Shown here piece by piece: positions 62,251 through 64,000 of a stretch of 64,000 nt of DNA (the first letter of the stretch is position 1; every line of letters starts with the position of its first letter). The notes under the pieces were generated by a model. That model saw only the letters and a list, made by a program, of their open reading frames with translations, had not been told where the DNA came from and did no database searches. The position numbers and the translations under genes were made by a program. Origin of the DNA: Alphaproteobacteria bacterium (GTDB taxonomy: Bacteria > Pseudomonadota > Alphaproteobacteria > JASGCL01). The stretch lies in assembly GCA_051010635.1 (NCBI GenBank), contig JBPCVJ010000001.1:9542-73541 (forward strand). Reading direction: 5' to 3'.

Positions 62251-63000
62251 ATGATGGAATTTGCCGAATTTATTTACAGCCTGATATTTTGGGTATGTGG
62301 TTTGATGTTGGTTTTGTCGGCACTGGTGGTGATATTGGCACAAAACCCTGTGCATGGGGTGTTATTTTTGATTTTGGCATTTTTTAATGCCGCGGGATTA
62401 TTTATGTTGGCGGGGGCTGAATTTTTAAGCCTGTTATTGATTGTGGTTTATGTGGGGGCGGTGATGGTTTTATTTTTGTTTGTGGTGATGATGTTGGATG
62501 TGAAAAAAGAAAAGGTGCGAAAATTATTTTCATCTTATTTTGTGATTGGCAGTGTGGTGGGGATTATTTTATTGGCAGAAATGGTGATGGTGATGTTGGC
62601 TTATTTGGGCCCCTTACAGGTAGAAAGAAAACCCGGTTTTTTAAGTCTTTCTATGGCAAGTGATGATAATATCACATCTTTGGGGCTGGTGCTTTACACC
62701 GATTATTTCGTTGCTTTTCAATTGGCAGGGTTGATATTGTTGGTGGCAATGGTATCGGCAATTATGCTAACCCATCGCAAAAGATTTGATGTAAAAAAAC
62801 AAGTCATTTTAAAACAAAATATGCGTAGCAAGCAACAAGATTTAAAAATATTATCATTGCCAAATGGTGCGGGGGCAAAATTCATTGGTCGTCTGGCGCC
62901 ACCGCTTAGTAATGTGCGTTCTCAATCTATGATGAAGATACCAAGCGGTAAGCGTGCTGGGGTAAAACCTTTGCCAAAAAAATTAAAAAAAAAGCGATAG
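62251..63000 (+). CDS. nuoJ: NADH-quinone oxidoreductase subunit J with a basic C-terminal extension
   Basis: The NuoJ TM core (NPVHGVLFLILAFFNAAGLF, VYVGAVMVLFLFVVMM) is followed by about 40 extra basic residues ending KKLKKKR. Confidence 0.92.
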   Translation: MMEFAEFIYSLIFWVCGLMLVLSALVVILAQNPVHGVLFLILAFFNAAGLFMLAGAEFLSLLLIVVYVGAVMVLFLFVVMMLDVKKEKVRKLFSSYFVIGSVVGIILLAEMVMVMLAYLGPLQVERKPGFLSLSMASDDNITSLGLVLYTDYFVAFQLAGLILLVAMVSAIMLTHRKRFDVKKQVILKQNMRSKQQDLKILSLPNGAGAKFIGRLAPPLSNVRSQSMMKIPSGKRAGVKPLPKKLKKKR

Positions 63001-63013
63001 GGAGTAGATAAAA

Positions 63014-63370
63014 ATGTTACGGCAATATATTTATGATTTTAATAATTTGTTGACAGGTTGGGCGACGGTAGGGCTTTCACATTTTATTATTCTGTCGGCT
63101 ATTTTATTTTCATTGGGTCTGTTGGGTATTGTTATCAATCGCAAAAATATCATTACCTTGTTGATGTCCATAGAAATTTTATTACTGGCAGTGAATATTA
63201 ATTTTATTGCCTTTGCCCATCAATGGCAAAATTTTGCGGGGCAAGTTTTTGTGATGTTTGTGCTTACCGTGGCGGCGGCAGAAGCGGCCATTGGTCTTGC
63301 TATTGTTGTGGTGTTTTTTAGATTGCGTGCCAACATTGATATTTCATCTGCCAACCAATTAAAAAATTAA
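63014..63370 (+). CDS. nuoK: NADH-quinone oxidoreductase subunit K (start possibly downstream)
   Basis: [26 protein letters not shown] and [14 protein letters not shown]. Confidence 0.93.
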   Translation: MLRQYIYDFNNLLTGWATVGLSHFIILSAILFSLGLLGIVINRKNIITLLMSIEILLLAVNINFIAFAHQWQNFAGQVFVMFVLTVAAAEAAIGLAIVVVFFRLRANIDISSANQLKN

Positions 63371-63372
63371 CC

Positions 63373-64000
63373 ATGACCAGTTTGATGTTAAAAGCCATTG
63401 TTTTTTTGCCACTTTTGTCGGCAGTGTTGTTGCTGTTGATGGGAAAGGAATTAAAAGAAAAAGGCACGGTGTGGTTGTCGGGGGGATTTTTATTTATCTC
63501 GATGGCTTTATCATGGGTGATGTTTTTTCTTTATCGCCCGAAAGGCACAGGCGATGATAGCCACAAAGAATCGACTAGCCATTCCGTTTTGCCTGATGCG
63601 ACTTCTGTTGCCCCCCCTGATGTCCTGCCTGATGCGACCCCTGTCGCATCTTCTGCCGATGTCTTGTCTGATACGACTTCTGTTGACTCTGCCCTTACAT
63701 CCTTATCTGATGCCGAAGCCGATGCTATGTTGTCTGATTTTGCCGCTGAGACAGCTGTGGTGGAAAAAACGCCCGAGGCAAAACAAAAAATTTTTCCGCT
63801 ACTTGATTGGTTTGGTATGAATGATGTTAGTTTTTCATGGAATTTGTTGTTTGATTCTTTGACTTTGGTGATGTTGTTGGTGGTCACCACCATTTCTTTT
63901 TTGGTGCATATTTATTCTAAAGGTTATATGCATGGCGATAAAAGTTTTTCACGCTTCATCGCCTATCTTGGATTTTTTACCTTTGCGATGTTGATGTTGG
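63373..64000 (+). CDS. nuoL: NADH-quinone oxidoreductase subunit L, 5' part (runs off the window), with an ~85-aa acidic repeat insertion after TM1
   Basis: I translated this by hand because it is absent from the ORF track (it is open at the window end). It reads MTSLMLKAIVFLPLLSAVLL...WVMFF, then the insertion, then SFSWNLLFDSLTLVMLLVVTTISFLVHIYSKGYMHGD...FIAYLGFFTFAMLML. Confidence 0.9.
   Translation, partial: MTSLMLKAIVFLPLLSAVLLLLMGKELKEKGTVWLSGGFLFISMALSWVMFFLYRPKGTGDDSHKESTSHSVLPDATSVAPPDVLPDATPVASSADVLSDTTSVDSALTSLSDAEADAMLSDFAAETAVVEKTPEAKQKIFPLLDWFGMNDVSFSWNLLFDSLTLVMLLVVTTISFLVHIYSKGYMHGDKSFSRFIAYLGFFTFAMLML
63586..63696. repeat. Three imperfect tandem 36-39-bp repeats (VLPDATSVAPPD / VLPDATPVASSAD / VLSDTTSVDSAL) inside nuoL
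   Basis: Direct reading shows ttgcctgatgcgacttctgttgcc, ctgcctgatgcgacccctgtcgca and ttgtctgatacgacttctgttgac. By eye the segment is GC-richer than its surroundings. Confidence 0.8.

Noticed and set aside
63531-63893. A 120-aa minus-strand ORF and an 88-aa plus-strand ORF inside the nuoL 5' region
   Set aside because: Both are shadow frames of the low-complexity repeat insertion in nuoL. The true nuoL frame is open to the window end, which is why it is missing from the ORF track.

Overview
AT-rich, densely coding chromosomal segment. Gene content and synteny point to an alphaproteobacterium: an F0 operon with two b-type subunits (atpB-atpE-b'-b), petABC, etfBA, groESL behind an RpoH-type promoter, and a nuoG-L block detached from nuoA-F. 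I cannot place it more precisely without a database search. Most of the window is housekeeping: groESL, an MscS channel, a pot-type polyamine ABC transporter, cytochrome bc1, efp, accBC-aroQ, proB, rdgB, sufE, rpmB, topA, asd, lspA, etfBA, F0 ATP synthase, glnA, obg, amiC, dapB, glmM, kdsD-lptC-lptA, dgt, bioY, nuoG-L and three tRNAs (Lys-CUU, Val-UAC, Thr-UGU). I found no CRISPR array, transposase or integrase. The accessory or unusual parts are listed here. (1) A very AT-rich two-gene cassette between obg and amiC pairs a Dam/D12-family N6-adenine methyltransferase with a 191-aa protein carrying GIY-YIG nuclease motifs, and looks like a compact restriction-modification or defence module. (2) A solitary gamma-class N6-adenine methyltransferase lies next to tRNA-Val and a GtrA-family gene. 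(3) A tandem duplication covers a ~520-aa polytopic membrane protein (GT-C-like by motif) together with its promoter. (4) A 337-bp gene-free interval has a strong promoter-like site and a strand-specific intrinsic terminator, so it may encode an sRNA or a micro-ORF. (5) An HDAC-family acetylpolyamine amidohydrolase gene sits inside the polyamine transporter operon. (6) An inositol-monophosphatase/SuhB homologue has every metal-binding motif substituted. (7) NuoL carries an ~85-aa acidic tandem-repeat insertion. (8) A stand-alone 1275-aa CobN chelatase abuts the F0 operon where atpI usually sits. (9) The left edge holds the C-terminus of a cadherin-repeat surface protein, followed by a small protein built on 21-bp tandem repeats. 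All family assignments come from reading motifs by eye and need HMM or BLAST confirmation.
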